A DNA stretch of 63,677 nucleotides, filler included, from Stramenopiles sp. TOSAG23-3 (lineage: Eukaryota), in the NCBI GenBank assembly GCA_900128585.1. It is 21 parts of 21 records of this genome, joined end to end, with 100 filler letters (N's around TTAATTAATTAA, not from the genome) between each part and the next. Parts side by side here need not be neighbours in the genome. Positions count along the whole stretch, not along the records: positions 30,447 to 33,380 come from LT644511.1; positions 33,481 to 36,412 come from LT644512.1; positions 36,513 to 39,444 come from LT644513.1; positions 39,545 to 42,476 come from LT644514.1; positions 42,577 to 45,508 come from LT644515.1; 16 more parts are not named here. One strand, 5' to 3'. The notes below the pieces were generated by a model. That model worked only from the letters and a program-made list of their open reading frames with translations, was not told where the DNA came from and did not search any database. The position numbers and the translations under genes were made by a program. Shown in pieces: positions 31,940 through 42,860 of this stretch. Numbering within the stretch: the first letter of the stretch is position 1; every line of letters starts with the position of its first letter.

Positions 31940-32959
31940 TCATTTCCCGGGAACGCCGTACAGGTCGGCCAGAAAGTTCCACAAGTCTTCTACATCCTGT
32001 TCGGTGTTCGACGTGAACGATCCCCAGAAGCAAATCTTCTGAACCTCTCGATCAAACCAGAACGCACCCATGTTCTCCTCGCTAGTGATGTCGGGGTCCA
32101 TGGACGTGCTCAGCCAAACCGCCGTGTCCGCCCCTTGCCACTCTGACCGCAACCGATCCCCTTCCTTTTCGTAGAACCAGCTCATTTGGCCCGTCTTCAC
32201 GCCGGGGCTCGACGCCCACCCAGGGTGGTACGACGAAAACGTAACCCCACTCCCGTGGAACAACTTTGCAAATTTTTGTGTCAGCAAGACCTGGGCACGC
32301 TTTGCTTGGACGTACGCGTACAGCCCGTCGTACTTGCCCTCGTACGCACCTTTCCGCGCGTACCTGGCTTCGTACTTTGCCAAATACATCCCCCCGCTGG
32401 AAACGTTCACCACCCGGCTGATCCGCTGCGCTTCACCCCCCGCCCCGGCCGCGGTTTTCAGCGCCGGCATCAGCAGGTTGGTCAGGAGGAAGGTTCCCCC
32501 CATAGCAGTGGCAAAGCAAATTTCCGTCCCCGTCGAATTTAACTTTCGCTCATTCATCACCACTCCCGCGTTGTTGATCAAACCGTTCAAACTCTTGTAC
32601 TGGGATAGAAACGACTGCGCAAAGGCCTTTGTGGACGGCACGTCCGAAATGTCGCACAGGTGCAAAATCACGTTCTCGTTCTTCGTCTCGCTCTTTATTT
32701 GTTCTAGGCTCTTGCGTCCCCGCTCCTCGTTCCTGCAGACCATATGGACCTCCGCCCCCAACTCTGCAAACTTTTTAGCACACTCGTACCCGATTCCAGA
32801 GTTCGCACCAGTAACCAAATATTTGTACCCTTTCAATGAAGGAAAGGTTTTCTCCCAGTTCGCCCTTTTGGCCGCCGTCTCAAACCCCGCCTTTCCGTAC
32901 CAGGCGCTTCCCTCCCTCCACCATAACGGGAGTGCAACAATTGAGTAGGAAGTTCCCAT
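31940..32959 (-). CDS. Short-chain dehydrogenase/reductase, DHRS12-like
   Basis: TGANSGIG, INNAG, VSSGGMY, YVQAK, HPGWA, QGADTAVWL, FWFDR. Confidence 0.9.
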   Translation of the reverse strand: MGTSYSIVALPLWWREGSAWYGKAGFETAAKRANWEKTFPSLKGYKYLVTGANSGIGYECAKKFAELGAEVHMVCRNEERGRKSLEQIKSETKNENVILHLCDISDVPSTKAFAQSFLSQYKSLNGLINNAGVVMNERKLNSTGTEICFATAMGGTFLLTNLLMPALKTAAGAGGEAQRISRVVNVSSGGMYLAKYEARYARKGAYEGKYDGLYAYVQAKRAQVLLTQKFAKLFHGSGVTFSSYHPGWASSPGVKTGQMSWFYEKEGDRLRSEWQGADTAVWLSTSMDPDITSEENMGAFWFDREVQKICFWGSFTSNTEQDVEDLWNFLADLYGVPGK

Positions 32960-33481
32960 ATTATGGCCAAAAAGTCAACGACGTGAACGTTTCTTTTTTA
33001 CGACAGGTTGAAAAATAACCGTTTACTATTCTTGCCGAAACGTTGGTGTGTGTACCTTTTGTGTACGTTTCTGTTATATTGAATATTCACTGACAACATT
33101 TGTAATTGAATTATTATTAGCTATTTATGCATTCCCCATTTTATTTTATTTTTACCCATCATAGCAGCAGCAGGCAGCATTCAAAACATCAATCTTCGAC
33201 AGTAGTGGAAGAAGGTGGAAAAAGGAAAAAAAGAAGAAGAATGAAAAAACGAAAAAAAATATAATTATAATCGAACTTCGAAGAAGGAATTTTTTACAGG
33301 AAATGAATGAGGAATGAGGAATTGTCCTCCTCCTCCTGATCTGACCTCCTGACTCCTGACCTCCTTGAACACTGAACACTNNNNNNNNNNNNNNNNNNNN
33401 NNNNNNNNNNNNNNNNNNNNNNNNTTAATTAATTAANNNNNNNNNNNNNNNNNNNNNNNNNNNNNNNNNNNNNNNNNNNNA

Positions 33482-34873
33482 GGCAAAACAATACAGCCCT
33501 GGAAAGAGCAATCGGAAGACAATATTAATCATGCATTTCCAAAAGAGGTTGCTATAGTAATAAGAGTTGAACGCTCAAAAACGGTGGTTGAAAAGGAAAT
33601 ATCGACGGATAAAACACATGTACCAGCACCAAACAGTATGCCCCAGGGCAGTGATCAAGTTATGTTTGCGTGCACTGTTGTGTTCCGGCGCCAAAATGGC
33701 CAGATGGATACATTGCGTAGGACTTTGCACCTAGCCTCTCTGACCCGCCATTTCCAAAAGCGGTATGCTAAATCACCTATGGAGATGGTTGCAGATTGCC
33801 AACTTCCCGAAGTTTGCAAACAAATAGTTCATTCTCTGCGCTTAGCCTTTATCAGTCCGCCCGAGGGGGATAAAACAGATGAAAATGGCCGTTTTCGTCG
33901 GTACCGACCGAGAGAGGCCATTCATGAAGCGGAGATTGAACTATTGTTTGAATGGCAAAAACCAAAGCGGCGAGCTATATATATAGTACCCGAAGAGGTT
34001 CCTTTGATACCAGTCGTCGATCAACCAATGCCGTTGCACTTAGATGATTGCCTTGAAGATGCTAGTAATATGGAAGTTTCCTCGCTCGCGGACAAATTCG
34101 ATGGGCTGAGACAAGAAGAAGAGAACGAGGCGGCAAATAATATACAAAGAGTATTCCGTGGTCACATGGGGCGAGTTGCCGTTTTCAGAACCCGGGAACA
34201 ATTGCAGAAGATTAGAGAGGCTGAGGAGGACGAAAGGCGCCAAAATGAAAAGAAAAGGCGGGAGCAACTGCGGCAAGAAGCTGCCGAAGTTGAACGTAAA
34301 AAGGCAATTAAAGAAATGCAAAAACTTCAATTTTTGTATACACTTTCCCGAGAGCTTGAGATCGATGGGAAGATAGTAAATCTCCAGGTTCAAGTCGTAG
34401 AAAAACCCTCAATTACCTTCAAATTTACTGCTGCGGTAGCAAAGCTCAAAAAGAATTTGAAACTCAGCGTTTCTGGTGCAAAACTCGATTCATTTGTGGC
34501 ATACCAAAATTTAGATACAGCTCGCTTTCGAATGCTTGCTGAGGAACGAGAAAAAAAACAGAATACTGCCATTGTCCATACCGTGGATATGGTAGAAGAC
34601 ATTCCAGGACTGGCTGAATTGCTGATCGAAAAGCTTCAAATTTTTTCCTCGTCCGCTAATAACGTCTCTATTTTGTCCATCAAGCCGCCAACGTCACTAG
34701 ACATTAGTAACACAGATGTGTACTTGGTAGAAGACAAGTCGAAACAGTTTAAGACCCCACCGCGACCGTCTAACATTCCGAAGCTGGACATGAATTCTGT
34801 GAAGAAGAGTAAAAGAAGACGCCGTAGAATTTCATTGGGGCTGGCCCCGTTGTCTGCCAAAAATAAAAAATAA
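33482..34873 (+). CDS. IQ-motif coiled-coil protein, 5' partial
   Basis: AANNIQRVFRGHMGR; frame open to contig start. Confidence 0.75.
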   Translation, partial: GKTIQPWKEQSEDNINHAFPKEVAIVIRVERSKTVVEKEISTDKTHVPAPNSMPQGSDQVMFACTVVFRRQNGQMDTLRRTLHLASLTRHFQKRYAKSPMEMVADCQLPEVCKQIVHSLRLAFISPPEGDKTDENGRFRRYRPREAIHEAEIELLFEWQKPKRRAIYIVPEEVPLIPVVDQPMPLHLDDCLEDASNMEVSSLADKFDGLRQEEENEAANNIQRVFRGHMGRVAVFRTREQLQKIREAEEDERRQNEKKRREQLRQEAAEVERKKAIKEMQKLQFLYTLSRELEIDGKIVNLQVQVVEKPSITFKFTAAVAKLKKNLKLSVSGAKLDSFVAYQNLDTARFRMLAEEREKKQNTAIVHTVDMVEDIPGLAELLIEKLQIFSSSANNVSILSIKPPTSLDISNTDVYLVEDKSKQFKTPPRPSNIPKLDMNSVKKSKRRRRRISLGLAPLSAKNKK

Positions 34874-34947
34874 ACTTTTTATAATTTCTCTTGGCTGTTA
34901 AGTTGCTTTTTATGTAAAAAAACAAATTTTTGTATGAGGACAAGCTA

Positions 34948-34984
34948 AATTTAATTACTTAAAATAACAGCCAATTTTCTTGTT
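34948..34984 (-). repeat. Copy of dispersed 3'-associated element
   Basis: aatttaattacttaaaataacagccaattttcttgtt. Confidence 0.85.
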
Positions 34985-35205
34985 TTAAAAAAAAAAACAA
35001 ATTATAATTGTTCTTTTAAGACTCTCATTTTATGTAATATCAAAAACAAAACCAAATTAATATATTAGGGAAAGTTGGTTAAGGGGTTTGGATTAGTTGG
35101 GAAAGTTTTAACATAATATGTTTTTTTAAGACTCTCATTTTAAATCAATTACTATTTCAGTTCCAACCCTAATCCTATCTTGTGATATCAAAAATATTTA
35201 CAAGC

Positions 35206-36411
35206 TCACGCATTGGCTGGATACGGAAGCATACATACAGCCACGTTCGTGTTTGACATGTACCGCAGCCGATTGTTAATGATAAACGCTGGAAACGTTT
35301 CTATTCTAACCGCAGCAGGCTTAAAAGGCCAATGTGGCCTCTTCCCGCACCCCTGGACAAAACCCCACTGGCTGCATGCAAGGTCAAGCATTTCGAACGC
35401 GTTTGAAAACCTAACATTGTGGCCACCGACTACTGAAATATCAACTAACACCTTTAATAATTTCAACACAAAATAGGGGTCGATTGGTGGTGCTGTCACA
35501 CCACTGTGTGAATCGTCCAATACTATTCTAAACAGCTGAGATAGATAGTGAAAAGCTAATATTTTCGAATTTAAGGCGCCACGAGATAGAGCCTGACAAT
35601 AAAGTAGTTGTATGTCAAGTAGAGATGGTCTAAGGTTGGCTGGGCTGTTGTCCCCCAACTCGCTAAAGGCATGCAGTGAGTGACGGAACTCTGCTATGGC
35701 AACTTTTAATTGACTTCTGTTTGTGCCCCCTAAGCGGCAAAATTCGTTGTATAATGAAATGCCGATACCACCCCGAGCTGTGGCAAGCAGCCCCAGTTGG
35801 CTCATATTCATGAAAGTGCCATCGCATTTAGCCCTGGCGACAATCTTATCGAACTGCACTTTTGCTTCTTCGTAACGCTTCATATCCAACAATATTGAGC
35901 CCATTCTCATCAACTCTTCATCTGGCCTGTCCTCAATAGGTTCCACATGCATGCCTTCTTCTGCAGTCTCCATTTCGAATTCATCTACGTATGGGTGGCA
36001 TGGGTCTCGTAGCAAGGAAATTGTGACCGTACTTTCCAAATTTACTGTCCCATGGAACATCCCATCAGGGAAACAGAACACTGTGCCTTTCCGCTGCAAA
36101 TAGAGAGTAGGGGCCAAATTCATGTTTGAAAGTTCCTCGTAATGTTGCAGAACATCTAAGGGGTGGACACCTTGAATGCAGTTGCCTTCTACAAACGGGC
36201 AACGTTTTGGCAAATGCGGAGGGAGAGAAGGGGGGCCAACGAGTCTGTTCATTTCTGCTTCGGTATAGAGCATCCACAATTTATCGCCTGTGGAACTAGC
36301 ACAGGCTGACGAATGGCGATGTATGAAAGAACCGCTAAATTTATTGCCTACATATGCGAAAACTTCTCTTCCGACTGTTTGCGGTGTCAACTCGCCAAAT
36401 TTCCCCCCATC
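35206..36411 (-). CDS. JmjC/cupin domain + TPR-like helical protein, 5' partial
   Basis: SGSFIHRH...GDKLWMLY...QRKGTVFCFPDGMFHGTVNL; MGSILLDMKRYEEAKVQFDK is TPR-like. Confidence 0.7.
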   Translation of the reverse strand, partial: DGGKFGELTPQTVGREVFAYVGNKFSGSFIHRHSSACASSTGDKLWMLYTEAEMNRLVGPPSLPPHLPKRCPFVEGNCIQGVHPLDVLQHYEELSNMNLAPTLYLQRKGTVFCFPDGMFHGTVNLESTVTISLLRDPCHPYVDEFEMETAEEGMHVEPIEDRPDEELMRMGSILLDMKRYEEAKVQFDKIVARAKCDGTFMNMSQLGLLATARGGIGISLYNEFCRLGGTNRSQLKVAIAEFRHSLHAFSELGDNSPANLRPSLLDIQLLYCQALSRGALNSKILAFHYLSQLFRIVLDDSHSGVTAPPIDPYFVLKLLKVLVDISVVGGHNVRFSNAFEMLDLACSQWGFVQGCGKRPHWPFKPAAVRIETFPAFIINNRLRYMSNTNVAVCMLPYPANA

Positions 36412-37380
36412 GNNNNNNNNNNNNNNNNNNNNNNNNNNNNNNNNNNNNNNNNNNNNTTAATTAATTAANNNNNNNNNNNNNNNNNNNNNNNNNNNNNNNN
36501 NNNNNNNNNNNNGAGAAGAAAAGAAGAAGAGAGAAAAGAAGAAGAAGAGAGAAAAGAAGAAGAGAGAAAAGAGAAAAGAGAAGAGAAGAGAGAAGAGAGA
36601 AGAAAAGAAGAAGAGAGATAGATAGGGAATTAAATATCCTAAATAATAATCAATAAAAGTATAGGAATAAAGAAGGAAAGAAAGAAGTAATAAAATTTCA
36701 AAATATAATAAAAATATAAACATAATTTATTAGGCTAATAAGTATCTTATAATAAAATATGGAAGATATGAAGATAATAAAATAATAAAATTATTTAAAT
36801 ACGTATTATTTTATTGTATAATACATAATGAACACTATAATATAATAGTCTAATAATATATTTTATAGCTCTATTGTGTATGTCACAATGTCACAATTTA
36901 AATAAAAGGACTATTTTTATTAGTCTAATTAAAACCATCCTCCTCCCACTATTACCCTGGTGTATTAATAAATCGAAAACCACCCAATCGATCAGACCAT
37001 CATCCACCACCAAAAAAACATCATCATCCATCCTCTATCTCCTATCTCCTCCTCTATATAATAATATCTCTCTTTTTCTTCTCCTCTCTTCTCTTGTTTC
37101 TTTCTTTCTTTCTTTCTTCTTCTTTTTTTTTTTATTTATTATTATTATTTTTTTTTTATCAATCAAGTTTGTTTGTTAGTTATATTATTTATTTATTATT
37201 AATATATTTTATATAGTAGTCTCTTTCTTGGTATCAGAAGACTCTTTCAAGTTCTTCTTCTTCTTATTTTTATAAACACAACATCAAAGTTAGGTATTCA
37301 TTCTCTCACATGGTTTTCTTTGCTTGTTTGCATCCATTGAATATTTACTACTATAGAAACGAACGATATACGTGTTCCCC

Positions 37381-38904
37381 ATGCGCCTTCACCTCGAACG
37401 GCTAACGGTCGTGCTCTGTGGGGTTCTTTGGGCGTGTGCGTTTCCGTTGGGGGCAGACGCAAAGCTTGTGACTGGGAGTTTTGTACTGGACGGTGTCAGC
37501 ACGGAACATTTCATGGCCAAGTTTTCGTTCGGGATCGGCACTGGACGAATCAGTGGGCGATTCTGGGTAGAAAATGACTACAACGATCCGCGGGAGTTGG
37601 AACTGTATTACTTTTGCGACGATGAGTGGCCTGCGGCGCAGAAGGCCCTCACGTGCAGGGACAAGGTTGCACTTGCACGGGACCGGGACCGACTCGCGTT
37701 TGAAAAGCACGCGACCGCCGACGGCGAAAACGAGTTGGGAAAGCCGGCAAGGGTGTCGCAAGTGTTTCGTGTCAACAAAAACTTTACGATGCACATTCGC
37801 ACCCACTATTGGTACTTTATGATTGCCGACTGTACGCTGGAGGAATATTTTCACAAAGTGCCCAGAATATACTACAACCTTGAAATATTCAATGAGCCAG
37901 GCGACCACCACCTCCCGGCCGACGAGTTCGGAATGGCCCGGTTGCACACACTAAATGCGATGTACTTGGCGGGCTGCTTGGTTGCCATGGGCTACACGGT
38001 GATTCAGCGGATTACCAAGAGTTCCAGCATCCATATCGCCGTGCTCATGTTAGGGTCGGCGCTGCTATTGGGGCTGTTGTCCAGCATCTGCGAGCTTATC
38101 CACCTGGGAACGTACGAGAGCAACGGCATCGGATCAGCGTTCTGCGACACGCTGTCTGCCTTGTGCGAATCGTTGTGCGACTTCGTTGTCTCGTTTCTGC
38201 TCATATCCATTGCCTGCGGCTGGACGCTCAACTCGACATTGCCTATGTCCATGGCCACCTTCGGGTTTTCGAAGAAGCGCCAGGGCATCGTTGAGCTCAT
38301 TTTGTCTCAACTGCGCAACCCCAAAATGTTTTTCCGAAAGCAGAATGCGAAGTCGACGGGGTTATTATTGGGGTTGTTCATGTACCACGTGCTTTTGGTC
38401 ATTTGGGGCCGTCGGTACGGAGAAGAGTTCGATACCTTTCATGACTTCGAACACACCCCGGGGCGACTGCTTTTGCTGTTCCGGTGTTGCGCCGGTATTT
38501 TGTTTTTCTTTGCGTCCCACAGTACTCGAAAACGCCAAGGCGGGGTCGGAGAGATAGCATCCTTTCTGTTCATGTTCCAAATGGTAGGGGTCGGGTGGTT
38601 TTTTTCCCTTCCAGCAATGGTAGTCATAGCCTCGATAACAGCAGAGTATCTCCGGCACATGTTTATATCTGGGGGCACAATGTTTTTGCAAAATCTAGCA
38701 TGCAGTGGCTTTGTCTACCTTTTTCTTGGCGCAAACAACAGTTTGTTTTATCGGAGTTCTACGGCAGGGAAGCAGGGTTCTGTTGATTTGGATTCCGTGC
38801 CGAAAAGCAAATTTTCCTTGGGCATTTCGAACAGATCGAGCTTCGCACCGAGCATCAGCAACGTCTTGTCAAAGGTAAGGAAGACTCGCGTGCATGTCGA
38901 CTAA
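37381..38904 (+). CDS. GPR180/TMEM145-family 7TM protein
   Basis: Signal peptide, FMAKFSF, RTHYWYFMIADC, HLPADEFG, ISIACGWTL, seven TMs. Confidence 0.85.
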   Translation: MRLHLERLTVVLCGVLWACAFPLGADAKLVTGSFVLDGVSTEHFMAKFSFGIGTGRISGRFWVENDYNDPRELELYYFCDDEWPAAQKALTCRDKVALARDRDRLAFEKHATADGENELGKPARVSQVFRVNKNFTMHIRTHYWYFMIADCTLEEYFHKVPRIYYNLEIFNEPGDHHLPADEFGMARLHTLNAMYLAGCLVAMGYTVIQRITKSSSIHIAVLMLGSALLLGLLSSICELIHLGTYESNGIGSAFCDTLSALCESLCDFVVSFLLISIACGWTLNSTLPMSMATFGFSKKRQGIVELILSQLRNPKMFFRKQNAKSTGLLLGLFMYHVLLVIWGRRYGEEFDTFHDFEHTPGRLLLLFRCCAGILFFFASHSTRKRQGGVGEIASFLFMFQMVGVGWFFSLPAMVVIASITAEYLRHMFISGGTMFLQNLACSGFVYLFLGANNSLFYRSSTAGKQGSVDLDSVPKSKFSLGISNRSSFAPSISNVLSKVRKTRVHVD

Positions 38905-39545
38905 GTACAACATAATGGCAGAAATGCATTTCTCATTTCAAGTTAGTCTGCAGCACTCTTTGTGGACTCCACAACAAAATCTGAAATCCGTACTACGATG
39001 ATACGACGAAGTTGTTGTTGAAAGTACAAATTCTTCTATTATTAATATATATGTTGTTGGTCTATTTTGTTTAATGCCGTACCCTGTACAGGTGCCTGAT
39101 TAATTACTACTTTGTTTTTTTATTATAATAATTATTAAAAACTTTAATCAAGATTCCGTTATTTTATTTCACATAGAAACGGAGAGTTAAGGTATAAAGT
39201 ATATAGATCGAATCTTTATATAATACAAGAGTTACCAAAATATTGTTATGGTAAACGAACCTTACTAGTTGAAGAATTGAAGCGATTTGTGACGAGTAGT
39301 GCTACGTAGCAGTTCAACACATGAAAAAACAACTTCTTCTACTACAATAATAAGCAGTTGCTCAATAATTGCTAATTATGTTTACACTTACACACTTAAC
39401 GCTCATTTGTAACTAAGTGCAGCACGGCAGACCAAGGGGGGGGGNNNNNNNNNNNNNNNNNNNNNNNNNNNNNNNNNNNNNNNNNNNNTTAATTAATTAA
39501 NNNNNNNNNNNNNNNNNNNNNNNNNNNNNNNNNNNNNNNNNNNNT

Positions 39546-41915
39546 TTAAAAAAAGGAAGAGAGCCAATTGCTCGCTTTTTCCAAAAATGATAAGCCGTCC
39601 GAACCGCCTTCGACCTGTTCGGTATCCACCGCGTCGGAATTCTGACGCCTATGGGCACTAATTTCATCGTCGTATTTCTTCAGGCAATCGTCGTCTTTGC
39701 ACGCAAACCGCTTCACGTAAAGTGCCTGGATACGGCCGTCTGCGTGAGGGCGAGTGTGAGACCACATGGCCCCGCGCAATGTCTGTGCCGTGTGCCTTGC
39801 CAGGGCCAGCTGGGCATTCCTGGTGGCCGCGTCTAATTGCACGACGGCCTTGGCCTTTTTGCTTTCCGTGTTTCCGGACACGACTTTTGGTTCGTCTACG
39901 CGAACGGTCACGGAAGAGAGCGAATCCGGAAGCGAGGCTCGAAACGAGGCGCCGGCTTTGTCATTTAAAATAGTATTTGCAATCGACTCAGCCGTTTTCA
40001 GTGCTTTAACCCCATGGACGGTGATCAAAATTTTCAGATCTACACTGGGTTTCGAGGTCTGGGAATCGGGGACGTCGACGGGCCCGGCGGGGACGTCCAC
40101 GCCGGAGGTGCCGTTGCCGAGTAACTCGATAAATTCATCAAGCGCCGCGGGCGCAGAGGCCCCATTATCAACGGGCATCCCTGAACGGATATCTAATAAT
40201 TGCACGTTCCTATAGAACTTGGGGCTACCGGTCCACGCCGTCGCGATTGCCTTCGTAAAATTGACGGTGTGTTCCCGAAGCTTGCGCTCTGAAATACCCA
40301 CGAGTCGCATTCCCACGCTGACCGTCGCTTCCGTCGACGGTTTGCCGTCCGGGCCAATGTTGTCTCCAAGAACAGTCGGGGCCGGCGAATCCACTTTCGG
40401 TTCCGCGTCCGATTTTGCTTCTACTTCCAGTTCTGGGCCAGAGGCGCCGGTCGACGTTGCGCCTACACTTCCGGTGGCGCTGCCCCCTAACGAGCCAGTT
40501 GCCCCGGTGGACCCCACGCCCGTGGCGCCCGTGGACCCGGTGGTCCCCGTCTTGGCCATCTCCGCTTCCAAATCGGCCTTTTCTTTGGCTTTGCGTGCTT
40601 GGTCCTTCAGCAGTTTCGCTTCCTCCGCCTGGGTTTTCGCGTTTTCTTCTTTTTCCTTCAGCTCTGCAGCTCTATCGGCTTTGTCTTGTGCCTCTTCTTT
40701 CGCTTTGTCCTCCTCGTCCACCCCCGTGGCGCCGGTGCTACCGGTGGAACCAGTTGCCGCCGAACCAGTCCCAAGCTCAAGGAAGGAGTCCGCTACGCCG
40801 AATGCGGCATCCCCGCAGTCGGAGAATCGTACCGAAAATTTTCCTTGCTGTTCCTTGCAGCGGGCGATGCGCTCCTTAGTGTACGCCTCTTGCTGCGCTT
40901 TCAGCGCGGCGAGGGTCGATTTTCGTTCGCTTTCCTTTGCCAGCTGCTCCTTGTGAATTTTCTGCGCCTCTAGACTTTTCGCTCGTTCGCAGTCGGCTTC
41001 CGAGTTCCCTTTGGCCAAGCACATGTGCTCGATTGCCAGCAGCCTGAGTTTTGCGCGTTCGCAGTCGCCCGGGCTTCCCGCGAACGAGGAGCACTCACCG
41101 TCGAACAGAAACACGGGGTCGGCAAATTTCGTTGGGGGCGTTCCAGCAGGGGCATGGTGTGCTGGGCACACGCTGTTCACGCCCTTCGAGTGGAGCCAAT
41201 TCTGCCCGCAAGTCGGGCCAAACCGAGGTTGCACGGCGCCGCCTTCCAAGCACGCCCTCTCCGTGGCGCACCACCCACAAGCGGTCATTTTCAAGCACGA
41301 CCCGCAGTCCTTCGCGGCATCGCACTCGTCGGCATCACTCAACTTACTCTTCGCGCGTCGCAACGCGCCAACAACCCTTCGCAGGGTTTCGCACTGGGAA
41401 CCGGTGCAGGGCCTACCCCGTTCTTCGTGGAGCTGTTCCAGGCGCTCGGTCACTTTCTCTAGGTTTGCCTGCTTCCGCTTCGACAAGAAGTCTAAGTCGT
41501 CGTCGAGTTCCAGCCGGTCTAGGTACTGGTCGTGCTGCTCCGCGGTGTTTTTCTTTTGATGAGCACTGAGCTGCTGGACCCTTTGGTTCAGTTGCACGGT
41601 TTGCTTCTGTATCTCTTTCTGTAGGTTTGCCAAGAGCTCCTTCACTTTGTCACTGTGCGGGGCTTGCTGGACAACCTTCGGCGGCGCCGGTTTGACTGTT
41701 GGCTTCTTCGGCGGCGCCGGTTTTGCTGCTGGCTTCGGACGGATGACCTCGGTCTTCACCGCTGCAACCTTCGCCTTTGTGATCGACAGCCGTTCGTATA
41801 CATGTTCTGCGTCTTGGACAATGTCATTCGCATCCGTAAGGATCGGGTTCCGAACCTCGGTGGACGCGACGACTGCCAAGGTGCAAGCCAAGAAAAACGC
41901 TACCCTCCTGCTCAT
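39546..41915 (-). CDS. Secreted PSI-domain, coiled-coil and GATG-repeat protein
   Basis: Signal peptide MSRRVAFFLACTLAVVA; DCGSCL...CGWC....ACLEG (PSI); TGATG low complexity. Confidence 0.8.
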   Translation of the reverse strand: MSRRVAFFLACTLAVVASTEVRNPILTDANDIVQDAEHVYERLSITKAKVAAVKTEVIRPKPAAKPAPPKKPTVKPAPPKVVQQAPHSDKVKELLANLQKEIQKQTVQLNQRVQQLSAHQKKNTAEQHDQYLDRLELDDDLDFLSKRKQANLEKVTERLEQLHEERGRPCTGSQCETLRRVVGALRRAKSKLSDADECDAAKDCGSCLKMTACGWCATERACLEGGAVQPRFGPTCGQNWLHSKGVNSVCPAHHAPAGTPPTKFADPVFLFDGECSSFAGSPGDCERAKLRLLAIEHMCLAKGNSEADCERAKSLEAQKIHKEQLAKESERKSTLAALKAQQEAYTKERIARCKEQQGKFSVRFSDCGDAAFGVADSFLELGTGSAATGSTGSTGATGVDEEDKAKEEAQDKADRAAELKEKEENAKTQAEEAKLLKDQARKAKEKADLEAEMAKTGTTGSTGATGVGSTGATGSLGGSATGSVGATSTGASGPELEVEAKSDAEPKVDSPAPTVLGDNIGPDGKPSTEATVSVGMRLVGISERKLREHTVNFTKAIATAWTGSPKFYRNVQLLDIRSGMPVDNGASAPAALDEFIELLGNGTSGVDVPAGPVDVPDSQTSKPSVDLKILITVHGVKALKTAESIANTILNDKAGASFRASLPDSLSSVTVRVDEPKVVSGNTESKKAKAVVQLDAATRNAQLALARHTAQTLRGAMWSHTRPHADGRIQALYVKRFACKDDDCLKKYDDEISAHRRQNSDAVDTEQVEGGSDGLSFLEKASNWLSSFF

Positions 41916-42860
41916 GTTGAATACTTTCTTCTCCAGCACACTTACTAAACGCCAAGTATTCAATGAAAGGCACAACCACTGTTTCTTCCGGTTGTCATAA
42001 AACACGAGACGTGAAACCCCTTTCTTTCATTGATTCATTCTTTCAGGTTACCTGGCTTCCTTTCCATCCTTCGTGACTCCTTCGTGTTGCATCAAATGAG
42101 GTTTGCAAGCTGTGTTGTTTGTTAAAAAATCAAAATTAAAATCATGTTCAGACGTTGGTATTATTATTTAATGTATTTGTATTAATTAATAATACTTATT
42201 GTATATAGGACAAATAAGGTTACAATACTCCTTCCCTTTTACCTTTAAAAATTAATAGATATCAATTATATTACAAGTATACCAATTCATATTGTACGTA
42301 GATCTTTTATATGTATTAATTTAGCTATCAAAATAGAAGTAACTATATAAATTTTAATTTAAAAAAACAATTTGGGCTTCGAATACTAATTTATTAACTC
42401 AATAAGTATTCTATCTATCTATCTAATGAATACAACAATATTTATATAATTTGGAACCCCCCCCCCCCCCCCCCCCNNNNNNNNNNNNNNNNNNNNNNNN
42501 NNNNNNNNNNNNNNNNNNNNTTAATTAATTAANNNNNNNNNNNNNNNNNNNNNNNNNNNNNNNNNNNNNNNNNNNNCGTCAGGAAGACCCTTGCCAAGCT
42601 CTGCCCGAATCAGACGACGAACGGGATGGAGATCGGATGAACTGCCTGCCAGACTTTTGCAAGATCTATGAGCGGGATCTCGAGTACAAGGGAGCCTGGT
42701 AAGCTAGCATTGGACACAAACACGTGGTTTGATTCTCGGTACAGGCTGCGCGTCTCTTCCCCAAACAAACTTACAGTCGGGGAACGAAATGAGGATGTAA
42801 CGTTTTGTAAAATATAAAAAAGCGGCATTATGAGCACAATAATACAAGCGCGGTGCGGTG

